Shown piece by piece: positions 46,761-60,895 of a stretch of DNA of 64,000 nt. The DNA comes from Squalus acanthias (taxonomy: Eukaryota), in NCBI GenBank assembly GCA_030390025.1, contig CM059432.1, positions 143,966,001 through 144,030,000 on the forward strand, read 5' to 3'. The notes under the pieces are model-generated. The model ran no database searches. It was given only the letters and a program-made list of their open reading frames with translations, and was not told the origin of the DNA. Position 1 is the first letter of the stretch; every line of letters starts with the position of its first letter. Both the position numbers and the translations under genes were made by a program.

Positions 46761-49700
46761 CAGCAGGCTCCCTCGCTGGGATTAATCCACTCCAGGACAC
46801 AGACCATTGCGCCCAGCTCTCTGCAGAATCCCGATACGAAATCTGAGACAAATTTACTGCTAAAATCTCAGATTCCCCAGTTGCAAAGATAGAGCATGGT
46901 GTCTGCATGTTATATGTTTGTTTGAACTGTTGCATCAAATTACTATTTCTGTCACTTGCATTGCAACGGGTTTGGGTATCCGACCTGTTTATTAGCCCCA
47001 AGAATGCCTTCAAACTCCGCACGATCCTGCATGCTTCACATTCCTACTGCATTATTTACAGTCATATTTCTCCCAGATACCTTGGTGTCGTGTTAAAATT
47101 AGAACACGTTTAGACTTTGGAAGAAAAAGTAATCGTGTTCTTTTCTAAAAGTGGGGAAGAAAAACTTCAAATTCCATCTTTATGTTGCGATTATATTATG
47201 CCAGCTTTATATATGTTCATTTCAATGCCTTTTAAACTCAACGATGAGTGACGGTGTGAAGTGGGTGGCAGAGCTACACTGATTTCAGTTAAGATTCACA
47301 TGCAGAGAAACTGCTGTTATTGTTGTCCGATGTTTATATTAAATCATCTCTCGCTTATTTTTTTTTATCCCACGAGAATCTTTATTTCTGTTTCTCTCTC
47401 CGCTCAGATAAGGAAATGAGACTTGTCTAGACGAACAAGGGTCTGTAGGCCGTTTCGTTGTTTGTGTAATTAATTACTCTAAAGTCAGGCTCTGATTTCT
47501 CACATTTGCTTCACAGACGCTTCTCTCAGACACTCCAAACAGATAAAATTGTTGACCTAATAGCGATTTTTTTTGGAACGGATTCTCTCCCAACGCTGTA
47601 TTCGGTGCGTGTTTCTGGTGCTTTAATGAGCAATTGTAGCTGTCATTTCAGTTCCCGTGGAATTACACGTTTTATCAAATGTAACAATTATTGCAAACTG
47701 ATCTCTGTCCCGCGCGGCTCCTTACCCTCTCATAGGTTAGTTTTTAGTTTGTTTCCGAGACAAGATTCTCTCATCCCACAAACAAGAACACACGGAGAAT
47801 GGGAATCTGTTACTCCGTCTTGGGAATAATGTGAGAAACATGAGATTATCAATAATATAATTCGGGCCCCGAACCCAATCTGGTTGCACCTGTTACTGGC
47901 GCTAAAACAAAGCAGCTTTTTTTAAATCTAGCAAACAATTTTACAGATTTTACTCTTGTAATGTAGCACGAATGTTCCCGACGCTGACTGCATTTTGGTG
48001 AAGTCTTGCCCTTGAGAATACGAATGTGCAATAAGGGTTCACATGGGCCGAACACCCGCCTGTTTACTCGTTTGTATCATTTCGCTGTAGATTATCCCGT
48101 CTGGTTTTTGAGGATTCCTATTTAAAATCTGTCTGAATGTTGCGTTTTACAGTCCTCGCGTCTTCGTGAAAATTTTCCGTAACCATCGATTTTTTTTTAC
48201 AAGCCAGGCCTTTTGGTTCAAGAGCTCACACAAGAATGAAATACTACCTGGAAAACACAAACAATTGCACAACGATTTGCTGTCTGAACACTACATTGTA
48301 ACACAAATTGTGTCATTTAACCAGCGCACGATGCGCGTGTTTATATAAAACCTCTAGTTTTAACCAGTTTTCTTTATAGCACTTGCAGTTTGAGTTTCAT
48401 TTTATAATGTATGAACTGTATTGCTGTCTGTAATTATTTACACTTTATGTAGTTCACTGTCTTGTTCAATTATCCGTTTTTGTATCTGATTAGCTAGCAG
48501 TTTAATGATGTGGAATTTTATGTACATTAAACCGCTCCATTCCACAGGTAAAATTACAAGACTTAGATTGATCGCACATCACAGAATGCACATCCGATCG
48601 GGTGTTAATGCAGACACGACACCGGGACACTTGGCCAAATGTAGTTTGATTAACAAGGTTGATATTCTGCTGGAGGCGAAATTATCTATAAATGCAAATT
48701 CTCATATTCGGTTCCAGTCCTGTATGCCGGCAACAAGGGGCAGGTTCGCCGCTCACCATTAAAGCTGCATTTCCATAATTTTTTTAAAGGAGCAATTTTA
48801 ACAGGTGTTTTGAGATGACGATGGAAACGTTGTGTAAATAAAACTTATTCCGGTGCAGTTAAAAAAAATAGAAATACAGTAGATTTAATTGCGGTACAGG
48901 TATTGGTAACGTGTATGTATTTAAGTGCTGGGGAACTGCAAGATGGGATACAATTTAAATATTTTAACCTGCATACAATATCTAAGCTGCATATAGATAA
49001 ACACATACATATATATTTCCATAGAGAGAGAGATTTGAGGACAGATGTGATGCATTGACAGATATAGGGAGAGAATCTAGATTTAAGATAGAAAGACAGA
49101 AAAAGACACGGATAAATATCGGGGGTTACGGCCGGGGCTGGGTAGAAAATATACGGGTGGACGTGGGAGATATTCTCAAGCTAGAGACAGACACATTGGT
49201 CTGGGAGTTGACAGAATGTGCACCAGACTTTATGTTCCTTGTATACCCGCGCATGTTGGGTGCAAATATGATATAATAATTTTATTTTTTGAGGAACATT
49301 GTCATATTATTGACACGTTTGGTTGGCCTTTTCTCAGAGCCGGACTCACCGCACGAAACCCTGTCTCCCCCAGTGAGAATGCTCTAATCCAGGAGGTGCT
49401 GGCGAAGATCTCAAACCCACACCCAGGGCGGCCGGAGAGAAGCGGGCTTACTAGTAGGGCTTAGTTACTGGCGAATATTTTTTTTGTTGCAGTGAATTGG
49501 ATTTTATTTATTAGGTTATTTATTTGTTGATTGTCTCCCGGAGCCCGCAGGTGACCGCAGAGCTCAGAAACACTTGTAGTCACCTTCAAGTGACGGGAGA
49601 CTGCAGCAGCAAGGCTGGTTGCAGCTCAGCACTGCGCACCGAACATTCAATGTCACATAAAGTGAAAGCAACGCAGTTTACACTGTTACAGCTTGAATCA

Positions 49701-52129
49701 GCAGCTTTTTAATTCCATTAGACACCCCGCACCCACCAAACGTAAATACAGTGCAGGAGGTTTAATCAGGCACACTTGACAATTAGATTATCATCAAATT
49801 GCCAGCGGATAATGTGCTAAAAGCTTTCCCAGTTACTGTAACTCCTGACTGAGAATTATTCGCACATTTGGGCCCCTCTAGTCCCCTGATAACCGCGCTC
49901 GGCCCTTAAAACGGCAACACTCGACCTGGCTGAGATGTGGCTATCGATCTGCTTTCTGATAAACTTATTTTTTATAAACTAAATACATTCTAAATAACTG
50001 CTCGGGTTTCGTTTAAGCCGCCAGCCATCACTCAGAGTGAATCGATGTTTAACTCGGTGGGACCCACACCAACACTTGGGGAAAAAAGAGGTTTTACGAA
50101 AATCGCCGATAACCAGCTGTTTCGGTGACCCGTTTTAGTTTGAACCGAACAAGTTCAATTAATGAACACGTTCCTCATCGAATTTAAAGTCGTCCGCCTC
50201 AAATAACCGCACAGAAGCGAATGCTGCCGCTTTCTTTCTGTGCCTACAAATACATGGAAGGGAGTTGAGGAGGTTACAGGGGAGAGAGACCAGGCGAGAC
50301 ACTGAGCTTTGAGGTTTCTGATATGCTTCGAAAAGCGAAGCGCGGGGAGGAGATGGGAAGAGGCAGAAGGGCGAAGAGCCGAATTGTTCCTCTTCACTAA
50401 CCGGCCTGGCTCTTCACTCCCAGCAGCTTCTCTTGTTTTAAGGCCAGTATCACACCAGCATTCCAATATCAATGAAATGTTACTTTCAAATAAAAATCGA
50501 AGGAATGCCGAGTAACCGAGATTTTTAATTAAGAGGCGCCGTGTGAATAAATACCATTTTATGCAGGGCTTTATTCTGAACTCCCATTTGAAGTTTATCT
50601 TAACCCTGTCCTTGCTGGGAGATGAACTGATGTTTTCCAACTCCTTCAGGCGGCGGCGGCAGCGCCGGGTCTTTGACTCTTTCTGTGCACGGGTGGAGGT
50701 GCGATGTTTAGTTGGGTTTGCGGCGTTAATCCGCATTTTATTACCTGCTGCCGGCGCTACCTCAACTTACCCCATTGGGACCGATCACAGGAGCCGTGAA
50801 CCCAAGTGACTTCAGCCACAGTCCTCCAGAACCCCAACCCCAGGCGCAGATTGCCTTTCCATTAGTTAAGGCTGGTTGGAAAGTGATTGGGGGAAATCGT
50901 TGGTTTCTCCAGGAATCAACTGCCTGAAACCGGGGCAAAAGGGGAGACGATTTCACTCTCGCTGCACGATAAAAGTTCATTATTTAATATTTCTATTTAT
51001 ATTAATGCTCGGTGCACACACGGACCCAGAGATTCCCAAGCCGTGAGAAATACACACAAGAAACAAAACTCACCAATGGGACATGTTTAATTTATCCATG
51101 AAAGGGTTTGAGCGGATATTTGATCGGGATGTCCTTAAATAAGTGCAGATTACAGAAACGCAATGTCCCGGTTGAACGAATGACCTTCCCGGTCAATGGT
51201 CCCGGGAACCAGATTTTCCTGGGCTGTCACCGGCGCAACTTTATTCTAAAGGGTTCCGAATATTTTACTACACGGCGAGGCTTCAGCGCAAGAGGATAGT
51301 CACGGTGAGACTTGGGAACAGGAGGAGGCCATTCAGCCCCTCCGGACAGAATGAATAACACAATTTACCGTCGGCCCAGTTACTCAACTGTACCAGGGCT
51401 GAACTGTAGGACCCTGCAGTCTGTTTTTGTGCTCCCTCTATATTGATATCTATTTAAACAGAATTCCGCCTTTCTAAGTCCCAATTCTTAGACTTGTGAG
51501 TTTTAGAATTACGCTTTACGCGGCTCTGAACTAGTGAGTCCAAACCGTTTATTTCAATCCCTGTATTAAATTGTCCTTAAATTATTTGGCAGCTGCAGAG
51601 GTCAGTTTAAATATAAATTAATAATGTACAACTTTCAACGCGTCACTCTGCTTTGCATTTGAGCCCAGTGTCTGGTAATAACAATTGGTAATTAGAAACA
51701 CACGCCCCAAATAGGATGCTGGCTGGGTGTAATCTTTTCAAACTACTGAGGGATAGTCAGTGAAAACATATTTAAAAGTGGATGAGTGATATCTTGAGTG
51801 CAGTGTGTGCGCTAATGCCGCTCCTTTTGTCTCAATAAATCAGAGGACAAGACCTTGATTTAATTGGAGCCCTGCTAATGAAATGGCTGCAATATCATCG
51901 CGACGCCCGCTCACCTTTCAAAGCCAGACTTTATCGAATTATGGTGAATCGAGAACTCAGATCGTCTTATTGGATTAGCTGCTTTCAATTTTTTTTAAAA
52001 GAACGGCATACTGAGATATGTCTGCCCCCAGGTCCATCAATCCCTCCTACAAAGTGAGGCTGCAAACCCAGCACTACCAGTTACCTCCTCAAATAATATA
52101 CCAGAGACACACAGACAGTGCTTGTGGTG

Positions 52130-52890
52130 TGAGGTCAGGTTTCCACATGTACACTGAGGACACCCAGCTCTACCTCACCACCACAGCCCTCCACCCCTCC
52201 ACCGCCTCTCATTTGTCCCGCTGCTTGTCCAGCATCAGTCCTGGGTGAGCAGAGATCTCCCTGGCCACTGCCCGAGGCCGAACAAGACGGTTCACAACCT
52301 TAACATTCTATTTGATCCTGAGCGGAGTTTCCAACCATATATCTGCTCCGTCACCAAGACCGCCTCCATCCACCTCCGTAACAATGTCCATCTCCGCCCC
52401 TGCTTCAGCTGATCTGCTGCTGGAACCCTCATCCCTGCTTTTGTTACCTCCAGACTCAACCATTCCTTCTTCTTCTTAGGAACCGAGGATGTCTTGCTTC
52501 CGCACTAAAAATGAGTTCTCAGGTGACTGATGAGTCCGATGCGGGACCTACAGTCTCTGTCACAGGTGGAGCAGACGGTGGTTGAAGGGGCGGGTGGGTG
52601 GGGTGCTTGGGTTGACGTGCGCTCCTTCCGCTGTTTGCACTTGGCTTCCGCTTGCTCTCGGTGAAGAGACTCGAGGTGTTCGGCGCCTTCCCGGATACTT
52701 CTCCTCCACTTCGTGTGGTCTTGGGCCAGGGATTCCCAGGTGTCGGTGGGGATGTTGCACTTTTTCAAGCAGGCTTTGAGGGGTCAACGATTCCAATGCT
52801 CTCCTGGTGGGCCTCCCACCTTGCACCCTCCCTCAACCTTTGCTCACCCAAAACTCTGCTGCCCATATCGTAACTCGCACCAAGTCAGAG
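52130..52890 (+). mobile_element. L2 LINE fragment interrupted by an RTE insert
   Basis: ttccacatgtacactgaggacacccagctctacc (FHMY..DTQLY), LIPAFVTSRL; resumes after 52784. Confidence 0.65.
52467..52783 (-). mobile_element. RTE-clade LINE 3' end
   Basis: KKCNIPTDTWESLAQD...CSTCDRDCRSRIGLISHLRTH C-terminal zinc finger; (aag)n tail; 11-bp TSD tcaaccattcc / tcaacgattcc. Confidence 0.75.
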
Positions 52891-53289
52891 TTTTGGATGA
52901 GCTCAGGTTTATGGAGGGCGCATGGTGGGAAGCCAGCTAGGAGAGCATTGGAATAGTTTAGCCTCAGACAGTGGCCAGAGAGAGGGATGGAGTTGGTCGC
53001 AAGAGATCGGAGTTTGTGGAGGGGACCAAAGACAATGGCTTTGGAGAGGTCGAGAAAGAGGTGGCGGCGAGGCAGAGCTGGGTGTCATCACGTCAGAACA
53101 TTTAACGTGCTATCACTGAAGTTACTGAATAATTCCAATATCCCTGTTTACAGGAACTTGTTCAATTTGGGAAATGGAAAACAGTTCCCTCATTATTAGA
53201 AGTCATCAGGATCTGAAGGACTATAGTGATGAAGGAGAGATGAAAATGAAATGAAGATGAATGAAAGATTTTTGGATGCGAGTGCTTCA

Positions 53290-55097
53290 TTTACTTGGTG
53301 CACAGGTACAAAAAGTAATCAGAAAGGCTAATGGAATGTTGGCCTTTATCTTAAGGGGGCTGAAATACAAAGGAGAGGGAAGTTATGCTTCAGTTGTAAA
53401 GAGCCTTGATCAGACCCAATCTAGAGTACTGCATTCAGCTTCGGGCACCTCAAGAGGATATATTGGCCTTGGATAGGAGCTTGTACTAGAGGTAATGTAT
53501 CCTGTAACGTAAATCAGGACCAGTGTGATCACCTGGACTATTTTCGATCACCGAAGGGAGAATTACAGTGGAATTTTCCATGTTTTCCCCCTATCTAATT
53601 GGCCTGGGTTTTTAATCTTTTTTTTCCTGCCTATCTGAGGAGATTGCATGGTTCTGGGTAGGGAGTGTAGATATTGTGATGCATAAGGCATCACAACTGT
53701 ATGGGACAGGCAGGATGGACCAGGAGGTCATTTCTTGTCCATCATATTGCGTTTGTTCAAGGGGGTACAGTACAGATTCAACAGAATGGTACCATGGCTT
53801 AGAGCGTTAAATTACGAGGACAGGTTGCATAAACTTGGTTTGTATTCTTTTGAGTTTAGAAGGTTGAGGGGGTGATCAGATCGAGGGGTTTAAAATGACA
53901 GAGATTTGATCAGGTAGATACAGATTTCCTCTGGTGGGGGAATCCAGAGCTAGGGGGCATAATCTTAAAATTAGAGCCAGGCCGTTCAGGACTGAAATTA
54001 GGAAGCACTTCATCACACAAAGGGTAGTGGAAATCTGGAACTCGCTCCCCAAAAGGCTGTGGATGCTGAGGGTCAATTTGAGCTTTCAGAACTGAGATTG
54101 ATAGATTTTTGTTAGGCAAGGATATTAAGGGATATCGAAAAAAGGCAGATAAATGGAGTTTTTTTTAATTTGTTCATGGGATGTGGGCGTTTGAAGTACA
54201 GATCAGCCATGATCTAATAGAATGGCAGAACAGGCTCGAGGAGATGAATGACCTCCTCATGTTCCTGTGTCCCCAAGAACTAAGCTGAGGGTATGTGATT
54301 CTCCTGGCCAATGACGATTTTAAACATTGTCGGAACAGTGTCCAGGAAATGGCCCTACCGGTTCTCAAGTTTTCACAACGCTTTTTTCTCATGTAGCCTG
54401 TCGAATCATTGCAAAGGCAAATAACATGTTACGAGCATTTTTTGAAAATTTCTCAAAGTTTCTTCAAGAATGCAGCAACAAAGGCAGCAATGCATGCTAC
54501 TCCCATTCCCAGCTCTACTATTACTGCACCTTCATTAAAGTGACAGAAAGTAGACAAGATGGTGGAAGCTGGGTTATCACTGGGGTCTGCTGCTTCACCA
54601 CTCATCACACAACATTCACAGGCTTCACTAACTCGTCAGTGAGCACGATCAGTCTTGAAAACTTCAGGGAGATGCTTCTCACACATTGGCTATATACTTT
54701 AAAAAGAAACATTTACAGGGCTATGTGGAAAGAGCGGGGGAGTGGGACTAATTGGATCGCTCTTTCAAAGAACCAGCACAGGCACGATGGGTTGAATGGC
54801 CTCCTTCTGTGCTGCAAGATTCGATCTCATGCAGCATAGAAGGAGCTTTGTTAGCTATACAAAACCCTGGTTAGACCACACCTGGAGCACTGTGAGCAGT
54901 TCTGGGCACCACACCTTAGGAAGGATATATTGGCCTTGGAGGGAGTGCAGCGTAGATTTACTAGGATGATACCTGGACTCCGAGGAGAGATTACACAAAC
55001 TGGGGTTGTACTCCCTGGAATTTAGAAGGTTAAGGGATGATTTGATCGAAGTTTTCAAGATATTAAGGGGAACTGTTAGGGTAGATAGAGAGAAACT
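53290..55097 (+). mobile_element. Cluster of degraded CR1 fragments
   Basis: Fragments at ~53290-53475, ~53760-54270, ~54690-54830 and ~54845-55097, with KANGMLAFI, RPHLE and FFTQRV-type motifs. Confidence 0.7.
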
Positions 55098-55738
55098 CCC
55101 TGCACTCCCTGCACACTTAAAAAACTTTTAACATCTACTGCACCAAGCCACTACTTCAATAAAATAAAAAAAACTCCAGTCCAAAAGCTTAAATGCAAAC
55201 TTACCTGAAAGATGTGTGTGTCCGTTTAAGAATTGCTTACTGACTCTGTCAGTCTGCTGAACGCTCGCTTTTCAGAGCGAGCTTAGGACTCAGTGCTAAA
55301 CTTGAAGTTTGCAGAGTGTGGCGTTAAGTCGGCATTGCACGCCGGCTGACGTCACTCTCTGCTCATTTGCATCTCCAGGGCCAGTGCTGCTATTAGCAGC
55401 GCTAAGGCCCTCACCAGAATAACGGCCACCGAGTCCCGCGCCAGAGAAGGGCGTTAGAGTGGCGGCTGCCATTTTTCACCAGCATAGCGGTGCAAACGGC
55501 TGGTGCTAAGGTAGGGAATTTCTAGGCCTACGTTCCTATGTAGAGTTTTATTGGCTAACGCCCTTTTCTGAAATAGCTCACCTATTGGAGCCTTTGTTTG
55601 GTTCAGATTGCACCATGGATCGAGTGCAACATCGGTTTCCATTATTTTTGTCTCTTTGGTTTACCTGGTCCGGCAGCACATTCTTTCTGGGATTCCTTCG
55701 CTTTTGCGAAATCGTGTAGCTAAGTGATTGGAAATTTA

Positions 55739-57452
55739 GGCGCGATTTCCTGTACCTCGGCGGGTCAGTGGCGGGCGACGTCGGTGGCGGGTCCCGACCC
55801 CGCTGCTGGCTCCAGCCCGCTGTGCAGAATGATTTTACGTTGATTAGGCTTGTTAAGCCCGCCCAGCGTGTTTGCCGGCCAATTGAAGGAAGCGGGTCTG
55901 ATGACGTCATTTGATGACGCGTCATCAGCCAGTTTCCTTAAAGGGACCATGCGCAAAATGATTTTGTCAGTTCTGCTGTCAGTGTTCTATAACATTGAGG
56001 TGCTGCAAACTCTGACGAGCACTGCACAGAGGTTCACAGCTGTAGCCAGGTTCTCCCATGACTCCCTCCATATGCTTATGGAGGGAGTCACAGCATGCAG
56101 GGAGGTTCTCTTCCCTACCAATGGGCAGAAGACACCTTCTCAGGACACCAACGCAGCCTGGTTGCACATTGCACAGGAGGGCACAAGCAGAGGATCGTCA
56201 GGAGGACCAGGCTGCAGTGGCGCAAACCTTTCAATGATCTCAATAGATCACAAAACATTACTGCAAAGACACACTCAACCTCGTCCTGCTGTGCCACTCT
56301 TCACATCCCCAACACTCTGCCTTCCCTACCCTACTCTTGCACATCCTTACTCACACCAACTTACCTTGCACCTCCACCCATCCCTCTCTACATTATCACT
56401 TCCCCATCTCACTAGCCACCCCTCACACTCACCCTCATCCTAGTCCAATCATACCAACTAACAATACACAAGGGTAGGCACTTGGGTGTTTTAGCCAATG
56501 TTCATGTAAAGTTTCTGTTAATGTGGTGTCAAACATTGAAACCTTTATTTTCAGCACTTTGCATTCTTGGACAGATCTGTGTGCACCTTTGGAAGTGGCT
56601 TAGTGAGTTGCAGTGAATGGTGAGACACAAGGTTACTCCCCGCAATGGCGATGAGTGTGAAAGGAATGGTTTGGGCATTGTAGGGATGCTTTATGGTGTT
56701 GGTGTGAGGTGGTGTCAACCTGGCTCATCGTGTGGCAGCCAGGGTGTACAGCGTCAAGTGAAGTAAATCTGGCCATGGTGAGGCCATCCCTCGTGTCCCG
56801 GGCAGCAATGCGGTCGGGTGCTGATGCTCTGTGTCCTGTGCTGCATCAGTTGATTGCGAAAAAGGTTGGTGTTGTTGTTGGTGCTGCTGGTGTGCCTGGT
56901 GCTGCTGGTGTTGGGGCTGATCGTGGTGGGATTCTGAGGACCAAGGTGAGATAGTTTCAAGGGCACCAATGCTGATGGAATAGATGGCAGGTGAACTTGA
57001 GATGACAGAAGTGATCTGTCAATGGTGAGAGAGGTTGTTCCAATGAGGTGACACTGGATAAAGAGTTTGCTCCAAACACTTGCAACCTGCAAAAAGCTCA
57101 ATGTGTCTTCCAAATGCAGTAAGCAACAGCTTCTGAGCTTGGAAAGTGAACAGCTGTGAGATGGGAGCTTTTATAGCACATTTGCAGCTGTCAAGTAATG
57201 AGATGATCCCATGGTCATACAACTCCCGACCTCCTTACCTGATGTGATCCCCGAGCAGCGTGGACCCCATGGGCAACCTCGTAAAATGTAAAGGTGAGCT
57301 CAAAATACTTTTTAATGGGCTGTTAACAAGGTCATAATGACCTGAATTGCCTCCCCCGCTGCTGAGTGTCGGGTCGGGTCCCAACCCGCTGTCAAAGTTT
57401 TTTACCCCCCAAACGACCCACCACTGAACGCACTCCCCCAAAAATTCCCCTC
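55739..57452. mobile_element. Internally deleted Harbinger-derived element
   Basis: TTA on both sides (55736-55738 and 57453-57455); imperfect termini and subterminal cgggtccc/gacccg inverted motifs; Myb/SANT remnant ARFSHDSL..L.EGV..CREVLFP..AW..IA at ~56040-56240. Confidence 0.6.
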
Positions 57453-57659
57453 TTAGTGATTTTCTGTCCTCCCACGGAAAATAGGTATCATTACGATATA
57501 AACCAATTTTCAACTTTTTGATGTTGATTGCCACAACAAAATTATCAGGAAAGTGGTGTCCACAAATGTCATCTCCCGTCCCATGATTGGATTTACATTT
57601 GACCTTAATCACGTTGGAATGTATCCCGAGGCAGCTAGGCAACCTGGCTCCTGATTCAC

Positions 57660-57850
57660 TAAAAAAAACCAGATTATCTGGTCATTATCTCATTGCTGTT
57701 TGTGGGAGCTTGCTGTGCGCAAATTGGCTGCCAAGTTTCCTACATTATAACAGTGACTACATTTCAAAAGTATTTAATGGACTGTAAAGCGATTTGGGAC
57801 GTCCTGAGGTCATGAAAGATGCTATATAAATGCAAGTCATTCTTTCTTTT
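57660..57850 (+). mobile_element. DeuSINE 3' fragment
   Basis: cagattatctggtcattat...gctatataaatgcaag. Confidence 0.7.
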
Positions 57851-57986
57851 ATAACACTTGGAACTGGAAAGTGAAGCAGTGACCTTTCAAACTCAAAGCA
57901 CAGATTCCCTGAGCTCAGTTCAAACAAGGTCTTCAGCAATTTGGGTTTCAAGCTTTTCTTTCCTATTGTGGGCAGTCATGTAATGT

Positions 57987-60895
57987 ATGTCTACGAAAAA
58001 TTCAAAAATGAGTTTGGAATGCATGAACGTAAACGCACAAAGTGTGGTGAATAAGGTTGGTGAGCTACAAGCACAATTAGCCGTATGGCAATATGATGTT
58101 GTGGCAATAATGGAAACGTGGCTTAAAAACGGTGAAGACTGGGCACTTAATATTCAAGGGTACAAGGTGTTCAGAAAAGATAGAGAAGGAAAAAAGGGAG
58201 GTGGGGTGGCAGTGCTGATTAAGGAAGACATTGTAGTGTTGGAAAGGGAGGATGATCTTGAGGGAACAAGGACAGAATCCATTTGGTTAGAGTTGAGGAG
58301 CAAAAAGGGTATGATCACACTATTGGGGATATTCTATAGGCCTCCAAATAGTGAGAGGGAGGTAGAGGAGCAAATCTGCAGGGAAATCGCAGAGATATGC
58401 AAGAGCTATAGAGTGGTGATATTGGGGGACTTTAATTACCCAAATATCGATTGGGATAATGCTAGGGTAAAGGGAAAGGAGGGGGAGGAATTTCTGAAAT
58501 GTGTTCAGGAGAATTTCCTTGACCAGTATGTTCTCGGCCCAACTAGGAAGGAGGCATTGCTGGATCTGGTGCTGGGGAATGAGGTGGGCCAGGTCGACCA
58601 AGTGTCTGTGGGAGAACACTTGGGTACGAGTGATCATCGTATCATAAGATTTTACATTAGCAATAGAGAGGAGCAAGGAACAATCTAGAATGGAACTTCT
58701 AAACTGGAAGAGGGCTAACTTCAATGGGATGCGAAAGGATCTAGCCAGAGTAAAATGGAACCAAAGACTGACAGGAAAAACTGTAACGGAACAATGGGTG
58801 ATCTTTAAGGGGGAGATGTTCCAAGTACAGGCTAGGTACATTCCAACAAGAGGGAAGGGTAAGGGAACCAAAACAAGGGCTCCTTGGATGACGAGGGAGA
58901 TAGAGAAGATGATGACACAAAAAAAGAGGGTGTATGATGAATGTCAGGTGAATTCTTCAAGGGAGAACCAGACCAAATACAATAAGTTGAGAGGAGAAGT
59001 GAAAATGAAAATAGGATTGGCAAAGAGAGAATATGAGAGTAGAATGGCAGTTAACATAAAAGGGAACCCAAAAATCTTCTACCGGCATGTAAACAGTAAG
59101 CGGGTAGTAAGAGGCGGGGTGGGGCCTATTCGGGACAAAGAAGGTGATATATGCTTAGAGGCGCAGGGCAAGGCTAGAATACTCAATGAGCACTTTGTAT
59201 CAGTGTTTAATAAGGAGGTGGATGCTGACAAAATATTGGTAGCTGTAGAAAAGGTAGAAGCAATGGAAGGGGTGAAAATTGATAGACAGGATGTACTAGA
59301 AAGGTTGGGTATGCTTAGAGTGGATAAGTCGCCTGGTCCAGATGGCTTGCATCCCAGGTTGCTAAGGGAATTGGGGGAGGAGATAGCGGAAGGGCTTGCC
59401 ATAATTTTCCAATCTTCCATAGATGCGGAGGAGATGCCTGAGGATTGGAAAGTGGCAAATGTGACACCATTGTTCAAGAAAGGGTGTAAGGACAATCCTA
59501 GTAACTACAGGCCGGTCAGTTTAACATCAGTGGTGGGTAAAGTTTTAGAAACAATAATCAAGGAAAAAATTAACAGGCACTTGGAGAGGTTTAAGCTAAT
59601 TAAGGAGAGCCAACATGGATTTGCAAAAGGCAGATCGTGTTTGACTAATCTAATTGAATTTTTTGATGAAGTAACGGGGAGGATCGATGAAGGGAATGCA
59701 ATGGATGTTGTCTACATGGATTTTAGGAAGGCGTTTGACAAAGTACCACATAGAAGGCTGGTTAACAAAATTGAGGCTCATGGAATAGGTGGGTCAGTGG
59801 CAGTTTGGATAAGGAATTGGCTTAAGGACAGAAAACAGCGAGTTGTGGTAAATGGCTGTGATTTCAGACTTGAGGATGGTAGACAGTGGTGTTCCCCAAG
59901 GGTCAGTGCTGGGGCCACTGCTTTTTTTGATATATATAAATGACCTGGATATTGGAATACAGAGTAGAATTTCTAAATTTGCCAATGACACCAAACTTGG
60001 GGGTGTGGTAAACAGTGAGGATGATACCAATCGACTGCAACAGGACATAGAAAGGCTAGCAGAATGGGCAGACAAGTGGCAGATGGAATTTAATACAGAG
60101 AAGTGTGAGGTGATGCATTTTGGCAGAAGGAACAGGGAGAGGCAATATACACTTACTGGCACAGTTTTAAAAGTGTGCAGTGACAGAGGGACCTGGGACT
60201 TAATATGCATAGGTCCCTGAAGAATGCGGGACATATTGAGAGAGTGGTTAGCAAAGTATATGGGATCTTGGGCTTCATAAATAGAAGTATTGAATACAAA
60301 AGTAGAGAAGTTATGCTAAATCTTTATAAAGCGCTGGTTAGGCCACAACTGGAGTATTGTGTCCAGTCCTGGTGACCACACTTTAGGAAGGATGTGAAGG
60401 CACTTGAGAGGGTGCAGAGGAGATTTACCAGAATGGTTCCGGGGATGGGGGATCTTAGCTACAAGGACAGGTTGGAGAAGCTGGATTTGTTTTTATTAGA
60501 GCAAAGGAGGTTGAGGGGTGATTTGATAGAGGTGTACAAGATTATGACGGGGTTGGATAGGCTCGATGGGGAAAGGCTGTTCCCACTAGTTGATGGTACA
60601 AGGACTAGGGGACACAGATTTAAGGTTTTGGACAAGAGATACAGGGGGGATGTGAGGAAAAACTTTTTTACGCAGCGAGTGGTGAGGACCTGGAATTCGC
60701 TGCCGACGGAAGTGGTGGAAGCGGAGACACTCAATGATTTCAAGGGGAGACTGGATAGGCACTTGAGGGAAATAAACTTGCAGGGCTACGGGGATAGAGC
60801 GGGGGAATGGGACTGACTGGATTGCTCTACAGAGAGCTGGCACGGACTCGATGGGCCGAATGGCCTCCTTCTGTGCCGTATGACTCTATGACTCT
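57987..60895 (+). mobile_element. CR1 (HER1-like) LINE: near-complete ORF2 (APE endonuclease plus RT) with frameshifts; no ORF1 visible
   Basis: ETW, YRPP, GDFN, LDLVL and SDH endonuclease motifs; KSPGPDG, NYRPVSLTS, DFRKAFDKV, GVPQGSVLGP and FANDTK RT motifs; breaks near 58688, 59870 and 60200; tail (tatgactc)n. Confidence 0.93.

Noticed and set aside
50155..50736. 193-aa minus-strand ORF upstream of TBX20
   Set aside because: Non-ATG start and no domain similarity; likely a chance ORF in a CpG-rich region.
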